From the NCBI GenBank assembly GCA_963769025.1, contig CAVYKI010000006.1, positions 96,001 to 160,000 of the forward strand: 64,000 nucleotides of DNA, given 5' to 3'. Under the pieces are notes generated by a model. It was not told the DNA's origin. It saw only the letters and a list, made by a program, of their open reading frames with translations, and made no database searches. Positions 1 through 9,767 of this stretch are shown piece by piece (position 1 is the stretch's first letter; each line of letters opens with the position of its first letter). This stretch comes from an uncultured Verrucomicrobiae bacterium. GTDB lineage: Bacteria > Verrucomicrobiota > Verrucomicrobiia > Chthoniobacterales > Chthoniobacteraceae. The translations under genes and the position numbers were made by a program.

Positions 1-1165
1 CCAGCCTCGCCCCAGCGCGACCAGCTCATGAAGAGCATCCGCGAACGGCTGCTGCGCGTCGGGCTTTCGGTCGAGGAGCTCGATGCGGCTCTCGCATCCG
101 ACAAGATCCCCGTGGAGCTCAAGGTATACACGCCCATCACGGGCACCGTCGTCTCGCGGAATGTCTATGAAGGCCAGTACGTGAAGGAGGGCGAGATGCT
201 CTTCGAAGTCGCGGATTTTTCGAAGATGTGGTTTGTCTTCGACGTGTATGAGCGCGACCTGCCGTGGGTCCGCATGGGCGCGGAGGTCGAAATCACGACG
301 CCGGCGTTGCCCGGACGCGTGCTGAGCGCACCGATCACGTTCATCGATCCGAATCTCAACCCCGAGACGCGCAGTGCGCGCGTCCGCGTCGTGCTCGAAA
401 ATCCCGTGACGAACGAACCCGGGAAGCATCGTCACGAACTGCTGCACAAGCTCTACGCGGAAGGACGAATCAGCTCCGAGACCGCGTCCACTCTCACCGT
501 GCCGCGCAGTGCGGTGCTGTGGCCCGCGGGGAAGCCGATCGTTTACGTGGAGAAAAGCACGGGCGTCTATGAGCCGCGCGAAGTGCAGGTCGGCGTCGCG
601 GGCGATGACCTTTGGGAAATCGCCGGAGGTCTGGTGGAATGAGCGCGTCGTCACGAGCGGTAATTTGCTGCTCGATGGCCAGTCGCAAATCAATCGTCCG
701 CCCGAACCACCGGGCACAAGGCGGCATTCGCTGATGAGCCCAGCGGAAGGCGGCGCTCGATTTCTTTGCCACTCTGTCCTCACTTGGCGAGGCACTCGCC
801 GCCGACAAGCCCGCGGATTTCCGGCAGTCGCCGCGCAGCTCGCCGTACTGCGCGCTATGCTCGTGCGTATTCGGCGAGCGCGCGGAGAAGCTTTCACTAC
901 TCGCGAAGCTGCCGGACACCGGCGACCTCCCCGCGCAGCGCGAGGCATTCTACCCGCTTAGCGAAGCCGCTGCCGAATTCGCCTTGGAATTGCGCCGCGA
1001 GGACGACGGATTCGACGCCGTCAAGATCTTCGCGTGCGACATGGCAAAAGGGAACGTGCCGAGCGCTCCCAAGGAACGCGGGCGCTGGATCAATTTCAGG
1101 ACAAGTTCCGGAATCCATGGTGGGGCGCTGAAATGCTCGAATGTGGCGCGGAGGTCCGGCCATGA
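1..1165 (+). CDS. cusB: CusB-like heavy-metal efflux RND periplasmic adaptor, 5' truncated by the window, with a C-terminal DUF3347-like metal-binding domain; frameshifted
   Basis: ORF 28..642 has the MFP pattern (TPITGTVVSRNVYEGQYVKEG...DFSKMW...DVYERDLPWV...ITFIDPNLNPETRSARVRV). Later frames give FACDMA...GRW...RNP-WG-MLECG-EV, and the TGA overlaps the cusA ATG. Confidence 0.85.
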
Positions 1166-4100
1166 TCCCGAAGCTCATCGAGTGGTCGCTGCGGAACCGC
1201 TTTCTCGTCGCCTGCGGCACGCTGCTGCTCGTCGCGCTCGGCATTCCGCGCTGCTGCGACGCCGGTCGATGCGATCCCGGATCTCACCGAAAACCAGGTC
1301 ATCGTCTTCGCCGATTGGAAGGGCCGCAGCCCGCAGGAAGTCGAGGATCAGGTCACCTATCCGCTCTCCACGCGGCCTGCAGGGACTCGCGGGCGTGAAG
1401 GAAGTGCGGGCGCACCTCGCATGTTCGGATTCTCGCTGATCACCGATCATTTTCGAGGATGACGTGGACACCTATTTCGCGCGGACGCGCGTCCTGGAGC
1501 GCCTGAATTTCCTCGGCGACAGTGCTGCCCGACGGCGTCACGCCGCAGCTCGGCCCGGACGCGACCGGTCTCGGCTGGGTGTATCAATATTATCTCGACG
1601 TCGATCCCGCGAAGGCGCCGGACGGCGGCTATGATCTCGGCCGAGCTGCGCGTCGCTCCAGGATTGGTATATCCGCTATCAGCTCGCCAGCGTGCCGGGC
1701 GTCGCGGAAGTCGCCAGCATCGGCGGCTTCGTGAAGCAGTATCAGATCGAGGTTTCCTCCACCAAAATGCGGGCCGCCGGCGTGACGCTGATGGAGGTGA
1801 TGACCGCCGTGCAAGACGCAATCTCAATGTCGGCGGAAAGGTCATCGAGGAAAACGGCATGGAGTTCGTCGTGCGCGGCATCGGTTTGGTGAAGAGCACC
1901 GAGGACCTCGAACAGATCGTCGCTGCACGAGCGGTGAAGGGCACGCCGATTTATCTCAGGGACATCGCCACCGTCGCAGATCGGCGGCGATTTCCGCCGC
2001 GGCGCGCTCGACGTCAATGGCCACGAAGCGGTCGGCGGCACGGTGGTGATGCGCACCGGCGAAAATGCCAAGGCGGTGATCGAGCGCGGTGAAGGAAAAG
2101 ATCGCGCAGATCGCTCCGAGCCTGCCGCCCGGCGTGACCATCAAGCCGTTCTACGATCGCAGCGAACTCATCGACCGCACCATCGACACGCTCAAGCACG
2201 CGCTCATCGAGGAAATCATCCTCGTCACGCTCGCGCACATCATTTTCCTCTTGCACTTCCGCAGCATCCTCATCGTCACGCTGCCGCTGCCGGTCTCGAT
2301 CCTGATCTCGTTCCTCCTGATGAAGCAGTTCGGCATCACCTCGAACATCATGTCGCTCGACCGGCATCGCCATCGCCATCGGCGTGCTGGTGGATGCCGC
2401 GATCGTGGTGACGGAAAACGTCATCCGCCATTGCGAAGAGGCGGAGGAGGAAAGGGGCGGCGCCTCACCGCGGCGGAAACGTGGCGACGTCACGCTCGGC
2501 GCGTCGCAGCAGGTCGGCCGGCCGATCTTCTTCGCGATGGCCATCATCATCCTCGCCTTCGTGCCGGTGTTCGCGCTCACCGGGCAGGAGGGGAAACTCT
2601 TCCATCCGCTCGCCTTCACGAAGACCTTCGCGATGATCGGCTCCACCCTGCTCGCGGTGACGCTCGTCCCGGTGCTCTGCTCGCTGCTCGTGCGCGGCCC
2701 GTTCCACGCGAGGAGCGACAACTGGTGATGCGTTCCCTGCTCCGGCATCTATGATCCGGTGCTCGACTGGGCGCTGCGCCACCGCAAGACCGTGCTCGCG
2801 CTCGCCGCATTGCTGCTCGTCGCCGCGCTTACGCTCGCGCTCGGACTGCCGCGCGCGGTGCTCGCGAAGCTCGACGGCTGGCCGCGCGCGCAGACTGCGT
2901 TCGCGGGATCGGCAGGGAGTTCATGCCGCCGCTGAATGAAGGCAGCCTGCTCTTCATGCCGGTGTTCATCCCCACGACCGAGCCTCACCGAAGTCAAGCG
3001 GGTCATGTCTTGGCAGGACACGGTGATCGCGGAGACGCCCGAGGTGCTGAGCGTCGCGCGGAAAACTCGGCCGCGTGGAAACCGCGACTGATCCCGCGCC
3101 GGTCGAGATGATCGAGACCACCATCATGCTGAAGCCGCCGGAGCGAGTGGCGCGCAGGCATGACGCTTGCAGAAACTGCAGCGCCGAGCTGACCGCAGAA
3201 GCTCACGCAGGTGCCCGGTTACGTACCGGGCGCGTTCCTCCAGCCGATCGAGAATCGCCGATCCTGATGCTCTCCACCGGCATCCGCGCACAGCTCGGCG
3301 TGAAGATTCTCGGCGACGATCTCGACACGCTCCAGCGGCTCACGTCCGAGGTCGAACGCGTCATCCGCGAGGTGCGCGGAGCGGCGGTGTTTCGCCTCTG
3401 CGCGTGCAGGGAAAGCCCTATCTCGAGATCGACATCGATCGCGAAGCCGCCGGGCGCTACGGCCTGAGGGCGGAGCAGCTCTTCGCCGTCATCGAGGCCG
3501 GCCTCGGCGGACGCAAGGTCGCGACGACCATCGAGGGACGCGTGCGTATCCCGATCCAGGTCCGCCTCGCAGCGCGAGGAACGCGACGACATCGAGCGCA
3601 TCGGCTCGCTGCTCGTCGGCATGCCGAATGGGAAGCACATCCCGCTCGCACAGGTCGCCACGATCCGCCGCACGAGCGGGCCGAACGAAATCCAGAGCGA
3701 AAACGGGCGCCTGAAAAGCTACGTGCAGGCCAACGTGCAGGACCGCGATCTCGCCGGCTTCGTGAAGGAGGTGAAGGCGCGCGTCGAAGCCATCCCGCGT
3801 CCGCCCGGCGTGAAGTTCGAGTTCGCCGGCGAATACGAAAACCAGATCCGCGCTCATCGAGACCATGTGGCTCGTCGTTCCCTGCGTTCTCGTCGTCATT
3901 TTCCTCCTGCTCTACATCGTCTATGGCAGCGCGAAGGAAGCCGCGCACGTCATCCTCGCCGTGCCCTTCGCGCTCACCGGCGGCGTCTTCCTGCAATATG
4001 CCCTCGGCTACAATTTCAGCGCCGCCGTCGCCGTCGGCTACATCGCGCTCTTCGGCACCGCGATCCAGACCGGCGTGGTCATGGTCGTTTATCTCGAGGA

Positions 4101-4404
4101 AGTCGCTGGAGCAAAAGCGCAAGGCCCTGGCGCCGCCTTCACCCGCACCGACCTCATCGCCGCGGTGAAAGAAGGCGCGCGCCTGCGCCTGCGCCCCAAG
4201 GTGATGACCGTCGCCACCATCGTCGCCAGCCTGCTGCCCATCATGTGGAGTTCCCGCACCGGCGCGGAAGTGATGAAGCCCCTCGCCGCCCCCGTCATCG
4301 GCGGCATGCTCAGCAGCCTGCTCCACATCCTCGTCGTCACGCCCGTCATCTTTGCATGGCTGCGCGAAAGGGAATGCCGGGGTGAAGCCGCGGGCGAAAA
4401 GTAG
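1162..4404 (+). CDS. cusA: CusA/CzcA-family heavy-metal efflux RND permease, split by many indels
   Basis: Fragments [89 protein letters not shown]...[11 protein letters not shown] are hallmarks of CusA/SilA. Confidence 0.93.
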
Positions 4405-4443
4405 GGCCGCGCATTCGCATAGGAAGACTTCCCCAAAAAACTG

Positions 4444-4842
4444 TTGCCAAATGAGCGTGAATATTCAGTAAATCCCCACTGCATCGATTTGGCCCCCCAA
4501 ATGAACACTGACACGGCACGGCAGCGTCTGAGAGGGGACGGAGGCGAGGAAGGCTCCGTCCGAGTCCAGCCACCCTCCAAGTCGTCACAGTTTGGCAACG
4601 TGGCCACCTCGAACGGAAACATCGCCGGGAAAACCGCATCTCTCGGAACCCGGACGGGCGCCATGGATTCGCTGCCATTCACCATTTCCGGCAGGGCCGG
4701 AAGCATGAAAATCCAAACCGGAACCATCGGAGCCCAAAACCGAACCATGGAAATCCAAACCCGCACCATGGAAACCCCAAACCGAACCATTTTCACCTCG
4801 CCAAGCATCGCAACGACCCCACCCGAAAGCCGCGAAATGTAA
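4444..4842 (+). CDS. Putative small protein with about 10 tandem 7-residue repeats (start may be ATG 4501)
   Basis: Open frame reading GNVATSN GNIAGKT ASLGTRT GAMDSLP FTISGRA GSMKIQT GTIGAQN RTMEIQT RTMETPN RTIFTSP. Repeat position 3 is always V/I/L/M, encoded by different codons. Confidence 0.5.
   Translation: MPNEREYSVNPHCIDLAPQMNTDTARQRLRGDGGEEGSVRVQPPSKSSQFGNVATSNGNIAGKTASLGTRTGAMDSLPFTISGRAGSMKIQTGTIGAQNRTMEIQTRTMETPNRTIFTSPSIATTPPESREM
4594..4803 (+). repeat. Degenerate 21-bp tandem repeat, 10 units
   Basis: Units start at 4594, 4615, 4636, 4657, 4678, 4699, 4720, 4741, 4762 and 4783. CAT sits at unit positions 6-8 in 8 of 10 units. The best-conserved units are cgaaccatggaaatccaaacc and cgcaccatggaaaccccaaac. 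Confidence 0.9.
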
Positions 4843-4877
4843 ATCCAACCACTTCCACATCAACCATTACCGCCACC

Positions 4878-5645
4878 ATGCCCGACCAACCCTCCACTCC
4901 GCCCCCGGCAGCCACTCCAGCGCCCGACGGAAAGACCCGCGCCAAACGCGCCGAAGTCAACCGCGCCACCCTCAACGACATTTTCCTCGCCGACAAGTGC
5001 GCCAAAGCCGCCGCCGAGGACGAAAACATTGCCACCCTCTCGGGACGCGACTGGACCGCCCAGGAACAGGCCGGCCTCACCGCCGGAGTCACCCTCGCCG
5101 AAGACCTCGTCCGCAAAATCAAAGCCGCCCGTGCCGGCAAAAAGACCCGCACCCAGACCGAGACCGCCGCCCGCGAAGAACTCCTCGCCGCCCTCGACCC
5201 CATCCTCACCGGAGCCAAGCGCACCTTCCCCGACCGGGCCGGAGAGCGCACCCTCTTCGGAGTCGGCGAAAACATCGCCAACTCCACCACCCACAGCCTC
5301 TGGCGCCTCGCCCGCGACACCCACGAAAACCTCACCCCCGGCGAAGGCGAAGCAGGCTACCCCAGCCCCGCCAACTACACCCTCAAAGGCGTCCTCCCCG
5401 AAGAAATCGACCGCCTCGGCGACCTCGCCCAGAAATACAAGGACGCCGACTTCGCCCAGGCCGAAGCCAACCTCACCGCCGCCGAACACCTCGACCGGCT
5501 CAACCAGCACATGGACAAAAAGCTGAACCCCCTCCGCCGCGAACTCCAGCTCACCGCCGAACAAGCCTGGCCCTACCGCGAATCCACCAACCGCAGCAAA
5601 CGCCTGGCCTTCGGCCTCCCGGGCAACCGGCCGATGACGGAGTAG
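4878..5645 (+). CDS. Hypothetical, probably all-alpha protein (255 aa) with a two-fold internal repeat
   Basis: Intact ORF with very strong codon periodicity. The two halves end in similar motifs (...ILTGAKRTFPDRAGERTLFGVG and ...LQLTAEQAWPYRESTNRSKRLAFGLP). No family recognised. Confidence 0.85.
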   Translation: MPDQPSTPPPAATPAPDGKTRAKRAEVNRATLNDIFLADKCAKAAAEDENIATLSGRDWTAQEQAGLTAGVTLAEDLVRKIKAARAGKKTRTQTETAAREELLAALDPILTGAKRTFPDRAGERTLFGVGENIANSTTHSLWRLARDTHENLTPGEGEAGYPSPANYTLKGVLPEEIDRLGDLAQKYKDADFAQAEANLTAAEHLDRLNQHMDKKLNPLRRELQLTAEQAWPYRESTNRSKRLAFGLPGNRPMTE

Positions 5646-5684
5646 CGCCCGCGCTCGATCGAAGCCACCCACGGTCTTCCGGCC

Positions 5685-5836
5685 ATGAAAGCCGCCGCCC
5701 GCAAACCGAACCGCAAGGCCGCTAATCAGCAGCCTGCCCGCTGCATGACCCGCGCACTCGCGCGAGGCCCGCGCCGTGGGTAGTGGCAAGGGCAAGTTCG
5801 CACGGGGTCGCCTTCCTGCGCACGCTGAAAAAATGA
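5685..5836 (+). CDS. Putative small basic antitoxin-position ORF, frameshifted
   Basis: Starts MKAAARKPNRKAANQQPA; a second frame ends ...VAFLRTLKK*, and that TGA overlaps the ATG of the PIN gene (ATGA at 5833-5836). Confidence 0.4.
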
Positions 5837-6297
5837 CCGCGTATGCCGGACACTTCAAGGTGGAACGCCTGCAAGATCACCGATGATGGGAATCACCGCG
5901 CAGCAGTCGAAGTATTCGACCGGTTTCGCCGAAATCCGAATCCTCTGGACGCCGTCAGCGCGTCGAGGTCTTCAATTCGCCCCGCCAGCTTGAGCGTGCG
6001 GGCGTGATCATTGGGGGCAAGTCCCCACGTTGATCCGCCTGCTCGAACAGGAAGTCCGCCTCGGCTACTGGCCGCGACGCCGAGTTCGACTGGCGCGACG
6101 CCGTCCGCACCGCATGAGAACACAGCGCCGAGCACGGCCTCACCGTGCCATCCGCGGAAACGGATCTTTTCCACGTCGCCATCGCCATCGAAACAGGAGC
6201 CGACACGCTCCTGACATTTGACGGGGAGCAAAGAAGCTCTCGCGGAAGCCGCAGGCGTGCGAGTGCTCCCGCTACGTCCGACTGCGGTGAGAAATAG
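5833..6297 (+). CDS. PIN-domain (VapC-like) toxin, heavily frameshifted
   Basis: Stitched translation: MTAYA(D)TS...D.NH.AAV...VEVFN...LIRLLEQEVRLGYW..EFDWRDAVRTA...DLFHVAIAIETGADTLLTFDGEQ..LAEAAGVRVL. This matches the PIN motifs DTS, E, D-x-x-H and TFD. Confidence 0.75.
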
Positions 6298-6360
6298 ACG
6301 ACTGTTTGGTCTGCCCCTTTCACCCTTGTTTCACTCCAAGATAATCTCAACTTGTCCAAC

Positions 6361-6843
6361 GTGAAGATTTCCTGGCCTGACGAGATGACACTCGCTTTGA
6401 TTTTCGGAGAGGGCGATGATTCTGTTGCGGACATTGTGCTGTCATCAGGACAACAACCGTGTCCGTCGTATGCATTGGGATACAGGCGGACCAGTGGAGT
6501 ATCTATGAAGCGAGGAAATTAAAGTTCGCCACGATGGTCGAATTAGGCAATTTCCGATGTCTTGTGGCATACGTCGAGAGTGCGCTTGGCAGAACTTCCG
6601 AAGGCATCTGCCCTCTTGGAGAACAGCCCGATTGGTAAATGTGGACAGCGTCCATGAATCAGGTCGCTGGGGGCAGAGTGAAAAGATCTGCTCGCGGAGA
6701 TCAGACCCAAGTCCCTTGAAGTGATATCCGCCAATGTTCGAGGTCGCCTTTTACTCGGCTCGAGCGATCACTTTGACTGGATGGTCTATGACCGTTATCC
6801 TGTAAAAGCCCGACGGCGTGAAGACCTCATTTACATCCAATAA
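6361..6843 (+). CDS. Probable hypothetical protein in a lower-GC segment, frameshifted
   Basis: Protein-like frame segments such as KDLLAEIRPKSLEVISANVRGRLLLGSSDHFDWMVYDRYPVKARRREDLIYIQ* ending at 6843. The start is uncertain. Confidence 0.3.
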
Positions 6844-6854
6844 AATAGGTCGAT

Positions 6855-7575
6855 ATGCCGAAAACGTCCATACGCCTTGCGCCGGGTTTACTACATTCCT
6901 GGACAGTATGCGACAGACCGGAGAGTATCCGTCGGTGGTACGCAATCGCGGATTGCACGCCGGTAACGCGAGGGAGGGTGTCCAATTTCGTAGCCTCATC
7001 GGAATTTGTCAACGGCAGCAAGTCGACTCGATCTAGGTGGCTCAACGTGAGATCGCGTGACGACCACAATTGGTGGGCTCAACGCCTCAAGGTCGACTCG
7101 CGAGAGCGGCTCTCGGGACAATCGTTCACCCGAGGACTCACATCGCTCTCGAGGATATGCCGAAGCCGCGCATCAGATTCATCGAATGGGGCCACCGTAA
7201 CCTCCAGTCGGTCAAACGGGTCGAGTTGTTTCCATTAAGAATTGGGCTGAGAATAAGATAGCGGACCAAAAATTTCTCACTCCTACGGCGCGTTCCCTAC
7301 TCGAGGAGGACGTACAAGCCGTTATTGATGCACTCATCTTTTTTGATGAGAAACTCCCTTTTATTCACGGAGCCGATTGGCGCGATAAGCTCCTGAGAAC
7401 CCTGCAATCCAGAATTGATCACTCCACACTCGCTCCCTATCTTTCCAAAGGCGAGGAAGCTTGGTTAGTTCAGCGGAATCAGCCGGCGAATGAGATACTC
7501 CTTCTTGAAATTTCTCATTATGGCACGCTCTTCAAAGCACTCGCCGAGTGGCTTCCATTACCCCCTACTCGCTAA
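6855..7575 (+). CDS. Probable hypothetical protein in a lower-GC segment, frameshifted
   Basis: ATG at 6855. The 3' frame is open from about 7200 to TAA 7575: ...SIKNWAENKIADQKFLTPTARSLLEEDVQAVIDALIFFDEKLPFIHGADWRDKLL...[11 protein letters not shown]. Confidence 0.4.
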
Positions 7576-8863
7576 TTCGTGGGAGAAAACCGTGCTAGAT
7601 GCGAATCTGCCCGGTGCCGCGGAGCACGTATTTGTAGGTCGTCAGTTCCTCCAGCGCCATCGGGCCGCGGGCGTGGAGCTTGTCCGTGGAGATGCCGATC
7701 TCCGCGCCGAAGCCAAATTCGCCGCCGTCGGTGAAGCGCGTGGAGGCGTTCCAATAGACGGTCGCGCTATCGACCTCGGCGAGGAAGCGCTCGGCGGCTG
7801 TTCGTCGCGGTGACGATGCCGTCGCTGTGATGCGAGCCGTGCTCTTCGATGTGCGCGATCGCTTCGTCCGGTGAATCCACGACTTTCACCGCGAGGATGA
7901 GTCGAGAAACTCGGTGCGGAAATCCTCGCTCGGTCGCGGGCTTCGTTTTGCCGCCGAGCAGTTCGACGGCTGCGTGCGTCGCCGCGGACGTCGCACGCAG
8001 TTCACCCTTTTCGAGCAGTGCGTCGCCCGTCGTCGCGAAGAATTTCGTCGCCACATCGCGATGCACGAGGACAGTCTCGATGGCGTTGCAGACGCCGGGG
8101 CGCTGGCACTTGGCATTGATGCACGATGCTCTCCGCCATCGCGAGATCGGCGTCCGGTCCACGTACATGATGCAGATGCCGTCGTAGTGTTTGATGACCG
8201 GCATGCGCGCGTGGCTGACCACGGTTTCGATCAGCCCCTTGCCGCCGCGCGGCACGATCACGTCGAGGTATTGGTCCATCTCGCACAGGTGACGCACGGC
8301 TTCGCGGTCGGTCGTCGGGGATGAGCAGCACGCGTCGCCGGGCAGGCCGGCCTGCGCCGCGCCGCGGCTGAGCGCGGCGGCGATGGCGACGTTCGAGTGG
8401 ATGGATTCGCTGCCGCCGCGGAGGATCGTGGCGTTGCCGGTCTTCGTGCAGAGCACGGCGGCGTCGCTGGTCACGTTCGGGCGCGATTCGTAGATGATGC
8501 CGACGACGCCGATGGGGACGCGGACTTTCTGGATGCGCAGGCCGTTCGGGCGCGTCCAGTCGCGGATGATCTCGCCGACTGGATCGGGCAGCGCGGCGAC
8601 CTCGCGGATGCCATCGGCCATCGCCGCGAGGCGCGTCTCGGATTGAGCGTGAGCCGGTCGAGCATCGCGCCGGAAAGCCCGTCGGTCTTCGCACGGGCGA
8701 CGTCCTCGGCGTTGGCGGCGAGGATGGCGTCCTGCGCGGCGACGAGTTCGTCGGCCATCGCGAGGAGGCCGGCGTTTTTCTGCGCGGTCGTGCACTGGCG
8801 GAGCTGGCGCGCGGCGGCCTTTGCGCGTTTGCCGAAGTCGAGGATCTGGTCGTTGAGATTCAT
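7572..8863 (-). CDS. proA: Gamma-glutamyl phosphate reductase, frameshifted
   Basis: [56 protein letters not shown]; lies downstream of proB. Confidence 0.95.
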
Positions 8864-8878
8864 GGGCGATGCGATTTT

Positions 8879-9663
8879 CTACTGCGCCTGCAAGGGGACC
8901 AGCGGCGGGAAATAGGTGCCCGCGGGTTTTCCCGAGGCTGCGCGGATGATCTGGCCGGCTTTCCTGCCGCTGGCGATCACGGTCGGGATGCCGGCCTGCA
9001 CGGCGGTGCGAACGGCCTGGAGCTTCGAGGCCATGCCGCCGACGCTGAGGCGGCCTTTTTCCTGACGGACGAATTTTCCAACCTCATCCACGTCATCGAC
9101 GCGGGTGAGCGTGCGGCCCTTGGAGTCGAGCAGGCCGTCCACGCTGGTGAGGAGGACGAGGAGATTTGCGTCGGCGAGGATGGCGACCTCGGCGCTGAGG
9201 TGGTCGTTGTCGCCGAATTTGAGCTCTTCGACGGCGACGGTGTCGTTCTCGTTCACGATGGGAATGACGCGATTGGCGAGCAGGCGGCCGATGGTGTTGC
9301 GGATGTTTGCGTAGGCGATGCGGCTGTTCAGATCCGAGTGTGTGAGGAGGAGCTGCGCGACGGGCATGTTATGCCGTGCGAAATGCCCGGAGTAGCAGGC
9401 CATCAGGCATCCCTGGCCGACGGCTGCGCAGGCCTGGCGCGTCGCGAGATCCTCGGGCCTCGACATGAGGCCGAGCGAGCCGAGCCCGGCCGCCACCGCG
9501 CCGCTGGAGACGATGATGACCTCGTGTCCCGAGCCCGCCAGCACGGAGACTTCCTTCGGCGATGCGCGGCAAACTGCCGCTGGTCGAGGTTCGTGCCCTT
9601 GGCGGTGGCAAGAATCCCGGAGCCAAATTTCAGGACGATTCGTTTGTATGCGGTGGCGGGCAT
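8879..9663 (-). CDS. proB: Glutamate 5-kinase, short form without PUA domain, one frameshift
   Basis: RIVLKFGSG, VSSGAVAAG, PIVNENDTV, FGDNDHLSA, GGMASKL. Confidence 0.95.
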
Positions 9664-9767
9664 GAGGCGCCGGTAGATAGCGCGGCGACGCGGAATGTCG
9701 AACGAGGAATCACTTCTGCCAACTCCGGTCTTTCCCGTCGGCGGCGCCTCATGCTATCAATCGCTCC

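Noticed and set aside
4505..4575. Short resemblance to 16S rRNA words (ctgagagg, gacacggc, cagccac)
   Set aside because: Only 7-8-nt matches in the wrong order, with no extended rRNA similarity.
4594..4803. 21-bp array as a CRISPR or TIGR-type guide array
   Set aside because: There is no constant repeat/unique spacer alternation, the period is too short, and no cas or Nop-domain gene is nearby.
4089..4808. Minus-strand ORF with Met every 7 residues (MVRFGVS MVRVWIS...)
   Set aside because: It is the antisense reading of the CAT motif. The two deviant units give Thr/Arg on this strand but stay hydrophobic on the + strand, and the ORF runs antisense into cusA.
4860..5858. Long antisense and alternative-frame ORFs over the 255-aa gene
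   Set aside because: They are explained by the C-rich, T-poor codon skew removing stop codons, and the translations are low-complexity.
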